Positions 1 through 10,994 are shown, counted from the first letter of the stretch. The stretch: 64,000 nt of DNA from an uncultured Actinomycetota bacterium (GCA_963707425.1 CAVPPN010000005.1:128832-192831); one strand, 5' to 3'. Numbers and translations are program-made. The notes: a model not told the origin generated them from the sequence alone.

Positions 1-503
1 TCCTTCGCCGACCACCCGAGCCCGACGAGACCCGCGTGGACCTGGTCGCGCCAGGCGGCTGAGGTGGTTGCCGGCGCGGTCCTCGCCGGTCCGCCGCCGA
101 CGGGCGCGCCGAGCCGGTCCTTCAGCTCCAGCACGATGCGCTGGGCCCCCTTCTGACCGATGCCCGGCACCGCCGTGAGCGTCTTGATGTCCTCGGTGGA
201 GACGGCCCGCCTGAGCTCGTCCGGCGAGTGCACGGCCAGCATGGCCTGGGCCAGCTTCGGCCCCACGCCGCTCGCGGTCAGCAGCATCTCGAAGACCGAC
301 TTCTCGTCCTCGTCCAGGAATCCGAAGAGGGTCATGGAGTCCTCGCGGACGATCATGCTCGTGGGCAAGGTGGCCTCGACGCCCTGACGCAGCCGGGCGA
401 GCGTGTTGGGTGTGCAGTTGAGCTCGAGCCCGACGCCGCCGACCTCGACTATCGCCGAGCTCAGGGTGACCCCGGCCACCGTTCCTCTCACGAACGCGAT
501 CAA
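1..503 (-). CDS. ruvA: Holliday junction branch migration protein RuvA (3' end runs off the window)
   Basis: Own minus-strand translation from TTG at 503: [38 protein letters not shown]...[24 protein letters not shown] overlap with the ruvC stop; ruvC-ruvA order. Confidence 0.85.
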   Translation of the reverse strand, partial: MIAFVRGTVAGVTLSSAIVEVGGVGLELNCTPNTLARLRQGVEATLPTSMIVREDSMTLFGFLDEDEKSVFEMLLTASGVGPKLAQAMLAVHSPDELRRAVSTEDIKTLTAVPGIGQKGAQRIVLELKDRLGAPVGGGPARTAPATTSAAWRDQVHAGLVGLGWSAK

Positions 504-1024
504 CGGGCTCTCCTTCCGGCGGCCGCCACGGCCGCCTCGATCCTCGACTGCGCACCACCGCGCCAGATGTGGCAGATCGCCAGCGCCAGGGAGTCCGCGG
601 CGTCCGCGGGCTTGGGCGGGGTGCCCAGCCCCAGGATGCGGGTCACCATGGCACCGACCTGCGCCTTGTCCGCTCGCCCGCTTCCGCTCACGGCGGCCTT
701 GACCTCGCTGGGGGTGTGCAAGGCGACGGGTATCCCGCGCTTCGCGGCGGCGACCATCGCGATCCCACTCGCCTGGGCGGTGCCCATCACGGTCCTGACA
801 TTGTGCTGGCTGAACACCCGCTCGACGGCTACCGCGTCCGGGTTGTGCAGGTCGAGCCACTGCTCGATCTCCGCCTCGATCCGGCACAGCCGCAAGGCAA
901 CCGCCATGTCCGCCGGCGTGCGCACGACGTCCACGTCCACCATGCTCAGCGGTCGGCCGACCGACCCCTCGACCACGCCCAGCCCACACCGGGTCAGGCC
1001 TGGGTCGATCCCGAGCACGCGCAC
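500..1024 (-). CDS. ruvC: crossover junction endodeoxyribonuclease RuvC
   Basis: ORF 500..1129. The RuvC N-terminus [18 protein letters not shown] starts at GTG 1024, which I prefer over the upstream ATG at 1129. Confidence 0.9.
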   Translation of the reverse strand: MRVLGIDPGLTRCGLGVVEGSVGRPLSMVDVDVVRTPADMAVALRLCRIEAEIEQWLDLHNPDAVAVERVFSQHNVRTVMGTAQASGIAMVAAAKRGIPVALHTPSEVKAAVSGSGRADKAQVGAMVTRILGLGTPPKPADAADSLALAICHIWRGGAQSRIEAAVAAAGRRAR

Positions 1025-1147
1025 CTGGGCTCCCTCGCTGCCGTTTCGTCCCGACTTGCCGTCGAACACCTGTTCGGACCCAAGGTAGCCGATGACTCCG
1101 TCCCTCTGGCGTGCGACACTCCGCCCCACGTGAGAGCGGCGGCGGGG

Positions 1148-1915
1148 TCAGGCCTCGATGGCCTCGAGAACCTCGTCCGCCACGTCGAAGTTGGCGAAGA
1201 CGTTCTGTACGTCGTCGAGGTCCTCGAGAGCCTCGAAGAGCCGGAGGACCGACGCCGCTGCCTTGCTGTCCTCGAGCTCCACGTTCATCGACGGCACGAA
1301 CGACGCCTCGGCGGAGTCGTAGTCCAACCCGGCTGCCTGGAGCGCGGTACGCACCGCGACGAGGTCGGTCGCCTCGCTGATCACCTCGAAGGACTCACCG
1401 AGGTCGTTCACCTCTTCGGCGCCGACCTCCAAGGTGGCCTCGAGGACGTCGTCCTCGCTGACCGAGCGGGAGTCCTGTGAGGCCGGGACGACCACGACGC
1501 CCTTGCGGTTGAACATGTACGACACCGAGCCGGGGTCGGCCAGCGAGCCGCCGTTGCGGGTCATGGCCGTCCGCACCTCCATGGCGGCGCGGTTCTTGTT
1601 GTCGGTCAGGCACTCGATCAGGAAGGCGACGCCGTTCGGGCCGTAGCCTTCGTACATGATCGTCTGGTAGTCCGCTCCGCCCGCCTCGGCGCCGGACCCG
1701 CGCTTGACCGCGCGGTCGATGTTGTCGTTGGGGACCGAGGACTTCTTGGCCTTCTGGATCGCGTCGTAGAGGGTGGGGTTACCGGCCGGGTCTCCCCCGC
1801 CCATCCGTGCGGCGACCTCGACGTTCTTGATGAGCTTGGCGAACAGCTTGCCGCGCCGTGCGTCGATGACGGCTTTCTTGTGCTTGGTGGTCGCCCACTT
1901 GGAGTGCCCAGACAT
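1148..1915 (-). CDS. yebC: YebC/PmpR family DNA-binding transcriptional regulator
   Basis: Within ORF 1148..2164. Family N-terminus [28 protein letters not shown] starts at ATG 1915. Confidence 0.9.
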   Translation of the reverse strand: MSGHSKWATTKHKKAVIDARRGKLFAKLIKNVEVAARMGGGDPAGNPTLYDAIQKAKKSSVPNDNIDRAVKRGSGAEAGGADYQTIMYEGYGPNGVAFLIECLTDNKNRAAMEVRTAMTRNGGSLADPGSVSYMFNRKGVVVVPASQDSRSVSEDDVLEATLEVGAEEVNDLGESFEVISEATDLVAVRTALQAAGLDYDSAEASFVPSMNVELEDSKAAASVLRLFEALEDLDDVQNVFANFDVADEVLEAIEA

Positions 1916-1928
1916 GAGGTGTTTGCCC

Positions 1929-2582
1929 CTACTTCCGCTTGTCGGTACCACCGTCCGACGTGTCCAGCCTCGACCGGACGATGTCGACGAACAGCGCGTG
2001 CATTCTGTGGTCCCCGGTGATCTCGGGGTGGAACGACGTGGCGAGCAGGTTCGCCTGCCGAACGGCGACGATCCTACCGACAGCGTCACCGGACGCCACG
2101 CGTGCGACGACCTCGACGCCCTGCCCGACCTTCTCCACCCAGGGCGCCCGGATGAAGACCGCATGGAACGAGAACGGCCTGGCCTGCTCCCCGACCTCCA
2201 CGTCGACGTCTGCCTCGAACGAGTCGACCTGACGGCCGAACGCGTTGCGCCGCACCACCACGTCGAGCCCGCCGATCGTCTCCTGCCCGAGGATCCCGCC
2301 CTCGATGCGGTCGGCGAGCATGATCATCCCGGCGCAGGTGCCGAACGCCGGAAGCCCGTCCCGGATGGCGTCACGCAGCGGCTCGAACAGCTCGAACGTG
2401 CGCGCCAGCTTGTACATGGTGGTCGACTCGCCGCCAGGCAGCACGATCCCGTCCAGGTCGGGCAGCTCCCGGGGACGGCGTACCGGAACCGCGCGGGCAC
2501 CGGCCAGCTCGAGCATGGCGATGTGCTCGCGTACGTCGCCCTGAAGGGCGAACACCCCGATCAGGGGAGCGTCAGGTTCCAC
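1929..2582 (-). CDS. pdxT: pyridoxal 5'-phosphate synthase glutaminase subunit PdxT
   Basis: Within ORF 1929..3041. [13 protein letters not shown]...LPGGESTT...GTCAG (catalytic Cys)...FHPE. GTG start at 2582 chosen by homology boundary. Confidence 0.9.
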   Translation of the reverse strand: MEPDAPLIGVFALQGDVREHIAMLELAGARAVPVRRPRELPDLDGIVLPGGESTTMYKLARTFELFEPLRDAIRDGLPAFGTCAGMIMLADRIEGGILGQETIGGLDVVVRRNAFGRQVDSFEADVDVEVGEQARPFSFHAVFIRAPWVEKVGQGVEVVARVASGDAVGRIVAVRQANLLATSFHPEITGDHRMHALFVDIVRSRLDTSDGGTDKRK

Positions 2583-2611
2583 GGAGGCAATCCTATTTCG
2601 ATCGGCCCGGG

Positions 2612-3217
2612 TCACGCCGGACTCTGACCCGATGGCGGCGCCAGGCGCTTCTGCCAGGACGCGGTGACCTCGATGCGGCCCTCGTCGAAGTGGGCGGCGA
2701 GCCCGTGCTTCTCGAGGACGCCGAGCACCTCGTCGAGGAGGGTGTCGCCGGGCGCGGCGTTGGCCGTCGTGCCGTGCCAGAGGTTGACCTCGAGCATGCC
2801 TTCGTCGATGGCGTGCCACACGTCCGACGGTGTGAACCAGGCGATCCCCCGGGGACGCTTGCCCTCGACACCGCGCCTGTCCAGCTCGGCCTTGGCGGAC
2901 CAGTGGTCGTCGACGCCCTGCAGGACCACGACGTCGGCCAGCTCGAGCTCCGCGAACGCGCTCTGGAGCCGCTCGTAGTCGGTGGCCTCGGGCCACGCCG
3001 CCTGGTCGCGGAGCAGCTCCTCGCGAGACTCCTTGATCCACGCGTCGGCCAGGCCGCGTGCCTCTTCGGCGCGGTCCGGCAGCTCGGTCTCGATGGCCAG
3101 GACGACCTCGGCGTACACCTCGCTGTCGGTGAGCAGGCCGGACCGGACCACCGACCGCGTGAACTCGCGGACGTGCTCCTCCTCCAACGACACGGCGGGA
3201 CCTCGACCTCTCGCCAT
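2612..3217 (-). CDS. hypothetical protein located between pdxS and pdxT
   Basis: 201-aa ORF with coding-like high third-position GC. No motif I can name. Start uncertain. Confidence 0.6.
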   Translation of the reverse strand: MARGRGPAVSLEEEHVREFTRSVVRSGLLTDSEVYAEVVLAIETELPDRAEEARGLADAWIKESREELLRDQAAWPEATDYERLQSAFAELELADVVVLQGVDDHWSAKAELDRRGVEGKRPRGIAWFTPSDVWHAIDEGMLEVNLWHGTTANAAPGDTLLDEVLGVLEKHGLAAHFDEGRIEVTASWQKRLAPPSGQSPA

Positions 3218-3233
3218 TCCTTACCGCCCGGCC

Positions 3234-4166
3234 CTACCAGCCGCGCTCGGCGAGCCGGTGGGGCTGGGGGATCTCGTCCACGTTGATGCCGACCATCGCC
3301 TCGCCCAGGCCACGGGAGACCTTCGCGACCACGTCGGGGTCGTCGAAGAAGGTGGTGGCCTTGACGATCGCCTCGGCGCGCTGGGCCGGGTTGCCGGACT
3401 TGAAGATGCCCGAACCGACGAAGACACCCTCGGCGCCGAGCTGCATCATCATCGCGGCGTCGGCGGGCGTCGCGATGCCGCCGGCGGTGAAGAGCACGAC
3501 GGGAAGCTTGCCGTTCTCGGCGACCTCACGGACCAGCTCGTACGGCGCCTGCAGCTCCTTCGCCGCGACGTACAGCTCGTCCTTGCTCAACGACTGGAGT
3601 CGGCGCATCTCCGCACGGATGGTGCGCATGTGCGTGACGGCGTTGGACACGTCGCCGGTGCCGGCCTCGCCCTTGGAGCGGATCATCGCCGCCCCCTCGG
3701 TGATCCGGCGCAGTGCCTCACCCAGGTTGGTCGCCCCGCACACGAAGGGGACGGTGAACGCCCACTTGTCGATGTGGTTGGCGTAGTCCGCGGGGGTGAG
3801 CACCTCGGACTCGTCGATGTAGTCCACCCCGAGGCTCTGCAGGACCTGCGCCTCGGCGAAGTGCCCGATCCGGGCCTTGGCCATGACGGGGATGGAGACG
3901 GCCTCGATGATGCCGTCGATCATGTCCGGGTCGCTCATCCGCGACACCCCGCCCTGGGCGCGGATGTCTGCTGGAACCCGCTCGAGCGCCATCACGGCGA
4001 CGGCGCCGGCGTCTTCGGCGATCTTGGCCTGCTCGGGGGTGACGACGTCCATGATCACGCCGCCCTTGAGCATCTCGGCCATGCCACGCTTCACCCCGGA
4101 CGTGCCCGTGGCGGGCGTGGCCGCCGTCTGCTCGGTGCCGCGGTCCTGCTTCTGGGCGTCAGTCAC
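3234..4166 (-). CDS. pdxS: pyridoxal 5'-phosphate synthase lyase subunit PdxS
   Basis: 310-aa [37 protein letters not shown]...[10 protein letters not shown], typical PdxS/SNZ. Confidence 0.95.
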   Translation of the reverse strand: MTDAQKQDRGTEQTAATPATGTSGVKRGMAEMLKGGVIMDVVTPEQAKIAEDAGAVAVMALERVPADIRAQGGVSRMSDPDMIDGIIEAVSIPVMAKARIGHFAEAQVLQSLGVDYIDESEVLTPADYANHIDKWAFTVPFVCGATNLGEALRRITEGAAMIRSKGEAGTGDVSNAVTHMRTIRAEMRRLQSLSKDELYVAAKELQAPYELVREVAENGKLPVVLFTAGGIATPADAAMMMQLGAEGVFVGSGIFKSGNPAQRAEAIVKATTFFDDPDVVAKVSRGLGEAMVGINVDEIPQPHRLAERGW

Positions 4167-4265
4167 GATCGAACCTTCTATTGATCGGGCAGGGCATGGC
4201 GCACCCCGCCGAGGAATGAGGATGGGACAAGACTACGTCCCGCGGCCCGCCGGGGCCGAACCGGA

Positions 4266-4802
4266 TCAGCTCGCGGCCAGCGCGGCGGGAGGCTCGTCGT
4301 CGAGGTCGACCGTCTCCACCGGCCCGGCTGCACCTGCCAGCCGCAGCCAGCGCACCCTGCGCCGGCCACGAAGGTCCCGCGCCGATGCCACGACGTCGTT
4401 GTGGAACCGTCGGGCCAGCTCGACCTTCCTGCAGTCGCCGGCGAGCTCTCGGACCAACCCGCCCACCAACGGGTCCTGCTTGAGGCTCCCGACCTCCCCG
4501 GGATCGGCCAGGACAGCACGAAGCACCTCGGACAGGTCCGACTCCACCGCCTCGAACTCCTCCGGCTCCGCGGCGCGAGCGCGGTGGGCCGCCTCCATCA
4601 ACAGCAGGGATCGGGCGGGGTCGAGCGCCTCCGATCCGGCCAGCTCCATCGCGCTGCCCGACCGGTGCAGCAGCTGAGTGTCGAGCGAGCCGCGCGCCAC
4701 CTCGATCCGATGGTGCATCTTGTCGAGGCGGTTCGCGGTCCAGTAGAGCCAGGCCCCCAGCGCGACCACGACCACGACGACCAGTAGGTACCACCAGGTC
4801 AT
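4266..4802 (-). CDS. hypothetical N-terminally membrane-anchored protein
   Basis: Inside ORF 4266..5606. The real start is probably ATG 4802 (MTWWYLLVVVVVVALGAWLYW), a 4-nt overlap with the pimA stop. The upstream part of the long ORF is out-of-frame pimA shadow. Confidence 0.65.
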   Translation of the reverse strand: MTWWYLLVVVVVVALGAWLYWTANRLDKMHHRIEVARGSLDTQLLHRSGSAMELAGSEALDPARSLLLMEAAHRARAAEPEEFEAVESDLSEVLRAVLADPGEVGSLKQDPLVGGLVRELAGDCRKVELARRFHNDVVASARDLRGRRRVRWLRLAGAAGPVETVDLDDEPPAALAAS

Positions 4803-5926
4803 GGCTGCACCCCGACCCTCCGCTCGCCGATCACCGTCTCGTAGACCTGCAGCACCCGCCGCGCGACGTTCGCCCAGTCGTACTGGTCCACCGCGGCGCC
4901 CGCGGCCTCGCGGAGCTCCTCGCGCCTCTTCTGGTCGGCGAGAAGCGCGCACACCTCCTCGCCGAGGGCAGTGCTGTCTCCCACGTCGAACAGCAGCCCG
5001 CACCTCCCGCCCTCGAGCACGCGGTCGAAGGCCGGCAGGTCGCTGGCCACCACACAGGCGCCGGCGGCCATCGCCTCGACGAGGATGATCCCGAAGCTCT
5101 CGCCCCCGGTGTTGGGCGCCACGTACACGTCGGCCGTCCTGAGGACCTGCGCCTTCTCCCGGTCGTCGACCGGGCCGAGGAAGAGGACGTTCTCGCGCAG
5201 GTCCTCGCGGATGCGGCTGCGCGCCCGGACCACGTCGCCACGCCCCACGACGAGCAGCCGCACCCCGGGTCGCTGCCGGGCGATCGCGGGCAGGGCGTCG
5301 AGCAGGATGTCGAGCCCTTTCCGGGGCTCGTCGAGCCTTCCGATGAAGGCGACCGTGCCGCCCTCGCCCCGCCACTCCGGGCGTGGCATGGCGCCGCGGA
5401 AGCGGTCGACGTACACCCCGTTCGGGATGATCACCGGCTCGCCGCCGACGTGGTGGACGAGCGTGTCCCGGGCGTACTCCGAGACCGCGATGCGCGCGGT
5501 GACCTTCTCCATCGAGGGACGCAGGATGGCCAGTCCCGCCGCCATGGTCCGGGACCTGTCGGAGGAGCGGTGGTACGTCGCCACGACCGGCCCGTCGGCC
5601 GCCCACAGGCTGAGCAGCGACAGGGACGGCGCGGCCGGCTCATGGATGTGGAGCACGTCGAAGTCGCCCTCGCGGAGCCAGCGTCGTGTCCTCGCGTTGG
5701 ACACCGGCCCGAACGTCAGCCGGGCCACGGACCCGTTCGCCGGGACCGGGACCGCCCGGCCGGCGGGCACGACGTACGGCGGCAGCCCGTCACCGTCGTC
5801 CTCGCTGGGTGCCAGCACGGACACGTGGTGGCCGAGGCCGATGAGCGCCTCGGCCAGGTCCTTGACGTGGTTCTGCACTCCCCCGGGCACGTCGAGGGAG
5901 TACGGGCACACCAGACCGATCCGCAT
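4799..5926 (-). CDS. pimA: GT4 glycosyltransferase, phosphatidylinositol alpha-mannosyltransferase PimA-like
   Basis: 375-aa ORF MRIGLVCPYSLDVPGGVQNHVKDLA. Sits in the conserved HIT-pgsA-acyltransferase-pimA block. Confidence 0.85.
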   Translation of the reverse strand: MRIGLVCPYSLDVPGGVQNHVKDLAEALIGLGHHVSVLAPSEDDGDGLPPYVVPAGRAVPVPANGSVARLTFGPVSNARTRRWLREGDFDVLHIHEPAAPSLSLLSLWAADGPVVATYHRSSDRSRTMAAGLAILRPSMEKVTARIAVSEYARDTLVHHVGGEPVIIPNGVYVDRFRGAMPRPEWRGEGGTVAFIGRLDEPRKGLDILLDALPAIARQRPGVRLLVVGRGDVVRARSRIREDLRENVLFLGPVDDREKAQVLRTADVYVAPNTGGESFGIILVEAMAAGACVVASDLPAFDRVLEGGRCGLLFDVGDSTALGEEVCALLADQKRREELREAAGAAVDQYDWANVARRVLQVYETVIGERRVGVQP

Positions 5927-5929
5927 GCG

Positions 5930-6859
5930 TCAGTCTCTCCCGCGACCGAGGTCGGCGACGAAGACTTTCTGCATCATGTGCCAGTCCGCCGGATTCGCCC
6001 GCAGCCCCGCGCTGAAAGCGTCCGCGACCCCCTGCATCATGTGCACGACGCCGTCGTCGCCGTCGGCATGAGGGATCTCCCCGTGCAGAGTGATCTCCAT
6101 GTCGCCGTCGACGTACGCCAAGGTGGCAGGGATCAGCGCAGCACCCGTGCGCCGGGCCAGCACGGCCGGCCCCCGCGGCATGCGGGCGCCCTCCCCGCAC
6201 AACGTGACCTCGACACCGTTCCGGCTCAGGTCGCGGTCGGCCAAAAGGCAGACCAGCCCCCCGTCCTCGAGCTGCGCGACCAGCCGCTTGAACGCCTTGT
6301 CGTCGCCGTTGGCGGGCAGGATCTGCATGCCGAGAGAGCTTCGGTAGGCCACGAACTCGTCGTAGAGACGGGCAGGCTCGAGCCGCTCCGCAACGGTCAC
6401 CAGCGGCATGCCCGTGGAACAGGCCCACGCACCCGCCCAGTCCCAGTTCGCCATGTGGGGAAGCGCGACGACCACACCCTGGCCGGCTGCGTAGGCGTCT
6501 CGGAGGTAGTGCTCGTCGACGGTCCTGGTCCGTCGTACGAGGTCGTCGATCGGCCACGACGGCAGCCGGAACGCCTCGCACCAGTAGCGGAGGTAGGACC
6601 TGACCGCGTCGAGGGTCAACCGGTCCAGGTCTCCGGCATCGAGCTCGGGGCGGACCCGGGACAGGTTCCGGCGCAGCTGCCGCACTCCCCTCCCGTCCCG
6701 TCGGTGGATCTCGTCGGCGATCCGGGCGAACACCCCTCGGGCGGTGCGCTCGGGGAGCCGCCGGACCAGGCGCCATCCCGAGAGGTAGCCGAGCGTGGTC
6801 GCGTTCTGGGACGCGGCCTCGGCCGCCCGGCTCAGCCCCGTGAACAGCCGACGGTCCAT
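5930..6859 (-). CDS. lauroyl/LpxL-type acyltransferase, PIM acyltransferase (PatA/Rv2611c-like)
   Basis: Within ORF 5930..7228. Start ATG 6859 (MDRRLFTG...) overlaps the pgsA stop. HMANWDW acyltransferase motif. Confidence 0.8.
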   Translation of the reverse strand: MDRRLFTGLSRAAEAASQNATTLGYLSGWRLVRRLPERTARGVFARIADEIHRRDGRGVRQLRRNLSRVRPELDAGDLDRLTLDAVRSYLRYWCEAFRLPSWPIDDLVRRTRTVDEHYLRDAYAAGQGVVVALPHMANWDWAGAWACSTGMPLVTVAERLEPARLYDEFVAYRSSLGMQILPANGDDKAFKRLVAQLEDGGLVCLLADRDLSRNGVEVTLCGEGARMPRGPAVLARRTGAALIPATLAYVDGDMEITLHGEIPHADGDDGVVHMMQGVADAFSAGLRANPADWHMMQKVFVADLGRGRD

Positions 6860-7467
6860 CACGCGGCCGCTTTGGCCTGGGTGCGCACGGCGAGGATCCG
6901 CTGGATGACCGTGACGGTGCTGGCCACCGCCAGCAGCCACAGGACGGCCTCGAGCAGGACGGGTACGTCGAACAGGTCGCTGAGGCCGGCCGCGACCAGC
7001 ACGGAGACGAGCCGGTCCGCACGCGCGGCGATCCCGCCCTTGGCCTGGTAGCCCAGCGACTCCGCACGGGCCCGGGTGTAGGAGGTCAGCCAGCCCGTCA
7101 CGAGGCAGTAGAGCGCCAGCGCGGACAGCACCTCGGACTCCACCACGCTCGCGTAGTAGAGGACGAGCCCGCCGAAGATCGCGGAGTCGCCCATCCGGTC
7201 CAGGGTGGAGTCGAGGAAGGCGCCCCACGGCGAGGTGGAGCCGGAGAGTCGGGCCATCGTCCCGTCGAGCAGGTCGGAGAACACGAAGGCCGTGATCACG
7301 AGCACGCCGACGAACAGGTCTCCTCGCGGGAAGAAGAAGAGAGCGGCGACCACCACACCCAGGGTGCCGACGACGGTAACCGCGTCGGGGCCGACGTTCA
7401 GGCGCAGCAACAGCCTGGCGACGGGCGTGATGAGGTTCGTGAAGAAGGTGCGGAGATGTTCGAACAT
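6859..7467 (-). CDS. pgsA: CDP-alcohol phosphatidyltransferase (phosphatidylinositol phosphate synthase-like)
   Basis: 202-aa multi-TM ORF. DLLDGTMAR...DSTLDRMGD matches the CDP-alcohol transferase motif D(x2)DG(x2)AR...D(x3)D. Confidence 0.85.
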   Translation of the reverse strand: MFEHLRTFFTNLITPVARLLLRLNVGPDAVTVVGTLGVVVAALFFFPRGDLFVGVLVITAFVFSDLLDGTMARLSGSTSPWGAFLDSTLDRMGDSAIFGGLVLYYASVVESEVLSALALYCLVTGWLTSYTRARAESLGYQAKGGIAARADRLVSVLVAAGLSDLFDVPVLLEAVLWLLAVASTVTVIQRILAVRTQAKAAA

Positions 7468-7499
7468 GGCGAGAGCAGGCTACCGGCTGCGGGGGCGTT

Positions 7500-7587
7500 G
7501 TTTCCCCAAGGTATGCACCTCAACCTGCTCTTCCCATGGCGTGCACGTCGTGGGAAGTGACGGTTCGGCTGCATACCTTGGGGAAAC
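7500..7587. repeat. nested palindromic element (perfect 18-bp outer stem, 7-bp inner stem, CGTGCACG core)
   Basis: GTTTCCCCAAGGTATGCA (7500-7517) is the exact reverse complement of 7570-7587. Inner CTTCCCA (7530-7536) pairs with TGGGAAG (7551-7557), around the palindrome CGTGCACG. Confidence 0.8.
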
Positions 7588-7607
7588 CGGAGGCCCGATG
7601 GCAGCGG

Positions 7608-8180
7608 TCAGTGCCAGGCCTCGGCGAGCAGGTCCCGCGTGTCGGCCATCAGCTGGGGCATGGTCCGCGTCCGGCCGATGATCGGCATGAAGTTCTGGTC
7701 GCCGGACCAGCGGGGCACGACATGCTGGTGCAGGTGCGCGGCGATCCCGGCCCCGGCCACCGACCCCTGGTTCATCCCGATGTTGAAGCCGTGCGCGCCG
7801 CTCACGGAGCGAATGCTCCGCATCGCGGCCTGGGTCAGCCGGGCGATCTCGGCGGCCTCGGCGTCGGTCAACTCGGTGTAGTCCGGCACGTGCCGGTACG
7901 GGCAGACCATCAGGTGCCCCGGGCTGTAGGGGTACAGGTTCAACACCACGTAGCTCAGCTCGCCGCGATGGATCACCAGACCCTCCCGGTCCCCCAGCGT
8001 CGGGATCCGGCAGAACGGGCACTGGTGGCCCGCCGCGGCGTCGCCCGGCTTGTTCTCCCCGCGGATGTACGCCATCCGGTGCGGGGTCCAGAGCCGTTCG
8101 AGGTCGTCCGGTACGCCGACCCCTGCCTGACGAAGGGCCTCCGGCGGACCGTCGTACGGGGAGCCGTCGGCGTCGGTCAT
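7608..8180 (-). CDS. HIT family protein (Ap4A phosphorylase/Rv2613c-like)
   Basis: 190-aa ORF with histidine triad [10 protein letters not shown]. Conserved position upstream of pgsA. Confidence 0.85.
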   Translation of the reverse strand: MTDADGSPYDGPPEALRQAGVGVPDDLERLWTPHRMAYIRGENKPGDAAAGHQCPFCRIPTLGDREGLVIHRGELSYVVLNLYPYSPGHLMVCPYRHVPDYTELTDAEAAEIARLTQAAMRSIRSVSGAHGFNIGMNQGSVAGAGIAAHLHQHVVPRWSGDQNFMPIIGRTRTMPQLMADTRDLLAEAWH

Positions 8181-10198
8181 ACCTGGATCCGACGCTCCAC
8201 CGCGTCCACCACACGAGCGATCGCGTCATCGACGGACACGCCGTTGTCCTGGTCCCCGTTGCGGTAGCGGAACGACACCGCCCCCTCCTCGACGTCGCGG
8301 TCGCCGGCGATCAGCATGAACGGCACCTTCTGCAGCTGGGCGTTGCGGATCTTCTTCTGCATCCGGTCGTCGGACTCGTCCACCTCGACACGGATGCCGC
8401 TCTCACGCAGCCGAGCGGCGACCTTCTGCAGGTAGTCGTTGTGCCGCTCCGCGATCGGGATCGCGACGACCTGGACGGGGGCCAACCAGGGAGGGAACGC
8501 ACCCGCGTAGTGCTCGGTGAGTACGCCGATGAAGCGCTCGATCGACCCGAACAACGCGCGGTGGATCATCACCGGCCGCTGCCGGGAACCGTCCGGGGCG
8601 GTGTACTCGAGCTCGAACCGCTCGGGAAGGTTGAAGTCGAGCTGGATCGTCGACATCTGCCAGGTGCGGCCGATCGCGTCCTTCGTCTGCACCGAGATCT
8701 TCGGGCCGTAGAAGGCGGCGCCTCCCGGGTCCGGCACGAGCTCGAGGCCGGAGTCCTTCGCGACCTGCTCGAGGGTCGCTGTTGCCTCCTCCCAGGCGGC
8801 GTCGTCGCCGACGTACTTCTCCGGGTCCTTGGTGGACAGCTCGAGGTAGAAGTCGTCCAGGCCGTAGTCCTTCAGCAGGTCGAGCACGAAGGTGAGCGTG
8901 TCGGTCAGCTCCTGGTGCATCTGCTCGCGCGAGCAGTAGATGTGCGCGTCGTCCTGGGTCATGCCGCGGACCCGGGTGAGACCGTGCACCACGCCTGACT
9001 TCTCGTAGCGGTAGACCGAGCCGAACTCGAACAGCCGCAGCGGCAGCTCGCGGTAGGAGCGCCCGCGCGAGCTGAAGATCAGGCAGTGGAAGGGACAGTT
9101 CATCGGCTTGAGGTAGTAGTCCTGCCCCGGCTTGACGACTGCGCCCTCGCTGTCGAGCGTCTCGTCCAGGTGCATGGGCGGGTACATCCCGTCGGCGTAC
9201 CAGTCGAGGTGCCCGGAGGTCTCGAACAGGTTGGCCTTGGTGATGTGCGGGGTGAAGACGAACTCGTAGCCCGACTCCTCGTGGCGCTTGCGGGAGTAGT
9301 CCTCCATCTCCTTGCGGAGCACCCCTCCCTTGGGGTGGAAGACGGCAAGGCCGGAGCCGATCGCCTCGGGGAAGCTGAACAGGTCCAGCTCCTGGCCCAG
9401 GCGGCGATGGTCGCGGCGCTGCGCCTCCTCGAGCCGATGCAGGTGCGCGTCCAGAGCCTCCTTGCTCTCCCAGGCGGTGCCGTAGATCCGCTGCAGCTGC
9501 GGGTTCTTCTCGTCACCCCGCCAGTACGCCGCGGCACTCCGCATCAGCTTGAACGCCGGGATGCGCTTGGTCGTGGGCAGGTGCGGGCCGCGGCAGAGGT
9601 CCTTCCACGCCAGCGAGCCGTCGCGCTTGAGGTTGTCGTAGATGGTGAGCTGCCCTGCGCCGACCTCGACGTTGGCGCCCTCACTCTGCGAGAGCGCCTC
9701 CTCGTCCTGGTTGCCCTTGAGGCCGATCAGCTCGAGCTTGTAGGGCTCCTCCGCAAGCTCCTCCCGGGCGGCCTCGTCGCTCACCGGCCGGCGCGAGAAC
9801 TTCTGCCCCTCCTTGATGATCTTGCGCATCCGGGTCTCGATCTTGTCGAGATCCTCCGGCTTGAAGGGCTCGGCCACGTCGAAGTCGTAGTAGAAGCCGT
9901 CCGCGATCGGCGGACCGATGCCGAGCTTCGCGTCCGGGTGGAGCTCCTGGACGGCCTGGGCCATGACGTGCGCGGTCGAGTGGCGGAGGATGTCGTGGCC
10001 GTCGGTCGAGTCGATGGCCACGCCCTCGACCTCCTCGCCCTCTTCGAGCTCGTACGAGAGGTCCTTGAGCTCGCCGTCGACTCGTGCCGCGACCACGGAC
10101 TGGTCGTCCGCGAAGAGCTCCCATGCCTTCGTGCCCGTCGTCACCGCTCGCTCAGCACGCTCGCCTGCGCTGACAACGGTGACCTTGATCTCGGACAC
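8177..10198 (-). CDS. thrS: threonine--tRNA ligase
   Basis: 673-aa ORF with TGS, editing and class II core regions ([31 protein letters not shown]). Confidence 0.95.
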   Translation of the reverse strand: MSEIKVTVVSAGERAERAVTTGTKAWELFADDQSVVAARVDGELKDLSYELEEGEEVEGVAIDSTDGHDILRHSTAHVMAQAVQELHPDAKLGIGPPIADGFYYDFDVAEPFKPEDLDKIETRMRKIIKEGQKFSRRPVSDEAAREELAEEPYKLELIGLKGNQDEEALSQSEGANVEVGAGQLTIYDNLKRDGSLAWKDLCRGPHLPTTKRIPAFKLMRSAAAYWRGDEKNPQLQRIYGTAWESKEALDAHLHRLEEAQRRDHRRLGQELDLFSFPEAIGSGLAVFHPKGGVLRKEMEDYSRKRHEESGYEFVFTPHITKANLFETSGHLDWYADGMYPPMHLDETLDSEGAVVKPGQDYYLKPMNCPFHCLIFSSRGRSYRELPLRLFEFGSVYRYEKSGVVHGLTRVRGMTQDDAHIYCSREQMHQELTDTLTFVLDLLKDYGLDDFYLELSTKDPEKYVGDDAAWEEATATLEQVAKDSGLELVPDPGGAAFYGPKISVQTKDAIGRTWQMSTIQLDFNLPERFELEYTAPDGSRQRPVMIHRALFGSIERFIGVLTEHYAGAFPPWLAPVQVVAIPIAERHNDYLQKVAARLRESGIRVEVDESDDRMQKKIRNAQLQKVPFMLIAGDRDVEEGAVSFRYRNGDQDNGVSVDDAIARVVDAVERRIQV

Positions 10199-10343
10199 GG
10201 GGTGCTCCTCACTGGTTGCGGTTGCCGGTCGTATCCGTGGGGATCCGTCCGGGTCGGGCTGACTGCTCGATCGTAACGGCCCGCACAGCCACCCTGCCTC
10301 TGGGTTTCTCCGCTGTTGGTCGCCGCGCTGGGGCTTGTCCCGC

Positions 10344-10380
10344 AGAAAGAAGAAGGCCGTCCCCGGACGGGAACGGCCTC
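10344..10380 (-). terminator. rho-independent terminator downstream of tRNA-Val(CAC)
   Basis: On the minus strand, GAGGCCGTTCCCGTCCGGGGACGGCCTTC stem-loop followed by TTCTTTCT. Confidence 0.6.
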
Positions 10381-10396
10381 TGATCCGCTGCTCTGT

Positions 10397-10471
10397 TGGT
10401 GGGCGATACTGGGTTCGAACCAGTGACCTCTTCGGTGTGAACGAAGCGCGCTACCACTGCGCCAATCGCCC
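10397..10471 (-). tRNA. tRNA-Val (anticodon CAC)
   Basis: Reverse complement GGGCGATTGGCGCAGTGGTAGCGCGCTTCGTTCACACCGAAGAGGTCACTGGTTCGAACCCAGTATCGCCCACCA folds as a cloverleaf. Anticodon loop TTCACAC; CCA encoded. Confidence 0.95.
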
Positions 10472-10517
10472 ATGCGTGCGGTGCGCCGGAAACACTAGCG
10501 CATCAGTCCCGTGCCGT

Positions 10518-10994
10518 TCACATCCCGGGTAGATCAGGCACCCATCCGGCGATTCCCTGTACCCAGTCCCAGCTCGACACGGCGAACTCCGGCCAGTCGT
10601 ACGCCGCGACGTAGCCGGCTACTGCCGCCACGACGACGAGGACGACGAGGCCGGTCACGACCAGCCTGCGCCGGCGTACCTTGGGGTCCATCGCCTCGGC
10701 CTTCAGCCGGGCCGCGTGCGCCTTCTTCCTCGCCTTGGTCAGCCAGCGTTCGGCCCAGTCCCACTCCGTGGAGAGGATGGCGAGCCCGAGCACGAGGGCG
10801 ACGATCCCCGGGCCGGGCGTGACCATCATGACCGCGCCGGCGCCGATCACGAGCACACCGACCGTGGTCACGACGATCTTGCTCGTCAGCGACAACGCCG
10901 GGTGCGCATGCATGCGCTGGTGCAGTCTTCCCCGCACCCGTCCCTGTTGGGTACCCTCTGTCTGTGATGAGGGCTTTGTCGTCTCGTTGCTCAC
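10518..10994 (-). CDS. PGPGW-motif small membrane protein (TIGR02611-like)
   Basis: Within ORF 10518..11114. MMVTPGPGIVALVLGLAILSTEWDWAERW. Start uncertain (GTG 10994 chosen). Confidence 0.6.
   Translation of the reverse strand: MSNETTKPSSQTEGTQQGRVRGRLHQRMHAHPALSLTSKIVVTTVGVLVIGAGAVMMVTPGPGIVALVLGLAILSTEWDWAERWLTKARKKAHAARLKAEAMDPKVRRRRLVVTGLVVLVVVAAVAGYVAAYDWPEFAVSSWDWVQGIAGWVPDLPGM

Noticed and set aside
4266-5606. The 446-aa ORF as a single gene.
   Set aside because: Its upstream two-thirds is an out-of-frame shadow of pimA (an Arg/Pro/Gly-rich translation). Only the part from ATG 4802 looks like a real, membrane-anchored protein.
10141-10532. ORFs overlapping the tRNA genes (10141-10473, 10209-10457, 10335-10532; likewise 13187-13499 and 13351-13839).
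   Set aside because: They are read straight through cloverleaf tRNA sequences and terminator hairpins. The tRNA assignments explain the sequence.
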